Shown here: in pieces, positions 62,668 to 64,000 of the stretch
Layout: each line of letters begins with the position of its first letter
Position numbering within the stretch: position 1 is the stretch's first letter
Assembly (NCBI GenBank): GCA_903813345.2
Contig: CAIIXF020000001.1
Coordinates: forward strand, 31,186,001-31,250,000
Reading direction: 5' to 3'
DNA length: 64,000 bases
From: Owenia fusiformis
Lineage: Eukaryota
Made by a program: the position numbers and the translations under genes
The notes under the pieces: generated by a model
The model's input: the letters and a program-made list of their open reading frames with translations, nothing else
The model's database searches: none
Told to the model about the DNA's origin: nothing

Positions 62668-64000
62668 ACAGGTTTCAAAATGGCGGAACAGCATTTTGAA
62701 AGCTGGCACGTGTCATGTTGCATTCTGGGAGCCAATCTTCCTTGCGGCGTAATCGAGCTCCAAAATCATCTCATTATTGGAAGAGTCGACATTAACATGT
62801 GAATATCACTTCAAATTTTTAAGTTCCTATTTGTCATTTATAGACACAAATTCCACTGTATTTGTACGTTCCGGGACAGAGAAAATAGAGCACTCGATTC
62901 ATTGAGGTAAGAATCTATGACATATGTGACAGAATGTCTTTTCATAGTGTTAGTGTCGTACTTACAAAATAATCCACCGCCTAACTTATGCACCATCGAA
63001 CTCGGTAATATTGTACACGTAACTATTAATAATGGTTTATTCCCATAGAAAACTGGGCTTGCTTTTCAACATTTCAAGCGAAAATTCTCTACGGAGCTTT
63101 TGTTTTTCTGACGTAATTTCTTCTAAGAAATCGGTCACGTGACATGGTTCAGTTCATCTTATTTCGAAATGGGTGTCATCTATTTAGAATATTTATTTTC
63201 ATCTTGTCTTACTCACTTCGAGAGACATGTTAGATTTTGAAACTTATGGCTCTCCAACGGAAAAATGGAAAGCTGAATAATAGTGACCTTTGAAACATGA
63301 ATTAAGTTGATCCGCGGCTTACTTTTGTTCTCCAACTATGTCATACATCATTATCATCCTTCCGTGCAAGTATTGGAGCGCTGAAGTACTTCTTTTCCAT
63401 CAAGACTTGTAATTGTTAGTCGAGTGAATGTTTATTTCTGCCAAATTCCAATATAGCGTTTTCTGCTCAGACATTTTCGTAAATCTCTGGAGGTTGTCCG
63501 AACCTAACTCATTCTCAAAATTCATTTCGTTCATTGCGCATCTCGCTCCAAACCGCCATATTGGAAATGGGTCGAAAAAACATTCACTCGATGAACAATT
63601 TACAAGTCTTGATCGAAAAACAAGTATTTCAGCGCTCTTATACTTGCACGGATTGATGATACTGATGTAAGACACAGTTAGAGACCAAAAGTAAGCCGCG
63701 GATCTCATTATGACAGGTTTCAAAATGGCGGAACAGCATTTTGAAAGCTGGCACGTGTCATGTTGCATTCTGGGAGCCAATCCTCCTTGCGACGTAATCG
63801 GGCTCCAAAATCACCTCAACATTTGAAGAGTCGGCATTAACATGTGAATACTGAAATTTTTAAGTTCCTATTTGTCATTATGGACACAAATTCCACTAGA
63901 TCTATATTTGTACGTCCCGGGACAGAGAAAATAGAGCACTCAATTCACTGAGGTAAGAATTTATGACATATGTGACAGAATGTCTTTTTCATACTCTAGT
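62668..64000. repeat. Direct repeat of about 285 bp (62668-62950 and 63713-64000)
   Basis: Both copies start ACAGGTTTCAAAATGGCGGAACAGCATTTTGAAAGCTGGCACGTGTC, and similarity continues to the window end. Confidence 0.85.
63309..63704. mobile_element. Inverted-repeat element with arms of about 100 bp
   Basis: GATCCGCGGCTTACTTTTG...CAAGACTTGTAA at 63309-63412 is the reverse complement of 63600-63704. Confidence 0.75.

Noticed and set aside
62270..63780. Candidate first exon of eIF2D or an independent ORF (88 aa and 126 aa)
   Set aside because: No MFxKxF.VK..GSD-like sequence with a phase-2 donor was found, and the 126-aa ORF lies in repeats; exon 1 is probably beyond 64000.

Overview
AT-rich, intron-rich animal DNA (probably a marine invertebrate; this is inference) with five host genes. 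(1) The 5' part of RNF170 (- strand) sits head-to-head with (2) a complete 19-exon Hook gene (+ strand, 714 aa, HOOK3-like); the two ATGs are about 200 bp apart across an ETS/NRF1 bidirectional promoter. The last Hook intron (20.8 kb) holds (3) an antisense 6-exon serine beta-lactamase-like gene and a very young 13-kb Ty3/Gypsy LTR retrotransposon (1051-bp near-identical LTRs, GCAT TSD, tRNA-Leu PBS, -1 gag-pol frameshift signal). Further along are (4) an intronless divergent 7TM receptor and (5) eIF2D/ligatin (- strand, 14 exons in the window, first coding exon not found). The strongest novelty candidate is the retrotransposon's env-position ORF. It is not an envelope: it has no ATG before its fingers, appears splice-dependent, and encodes three C2H2 fingers, a poly-Lys NLS, a CtBP-type PLDLT motif and a terminal PIP-box-like motif. 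The LTRs carry a tandem motif array that could be its target. The integrase is split by a 3.55-kb ISL2EU-like DNA transposon that keeps an intact SAP-like/SWIM/YqaJ exonuclease gene but has no transposase. Many MITEs and Tc1/mariner relics and a splice-donor-derived minisatellite fill the introns. All calls are by eye, with no database searches.
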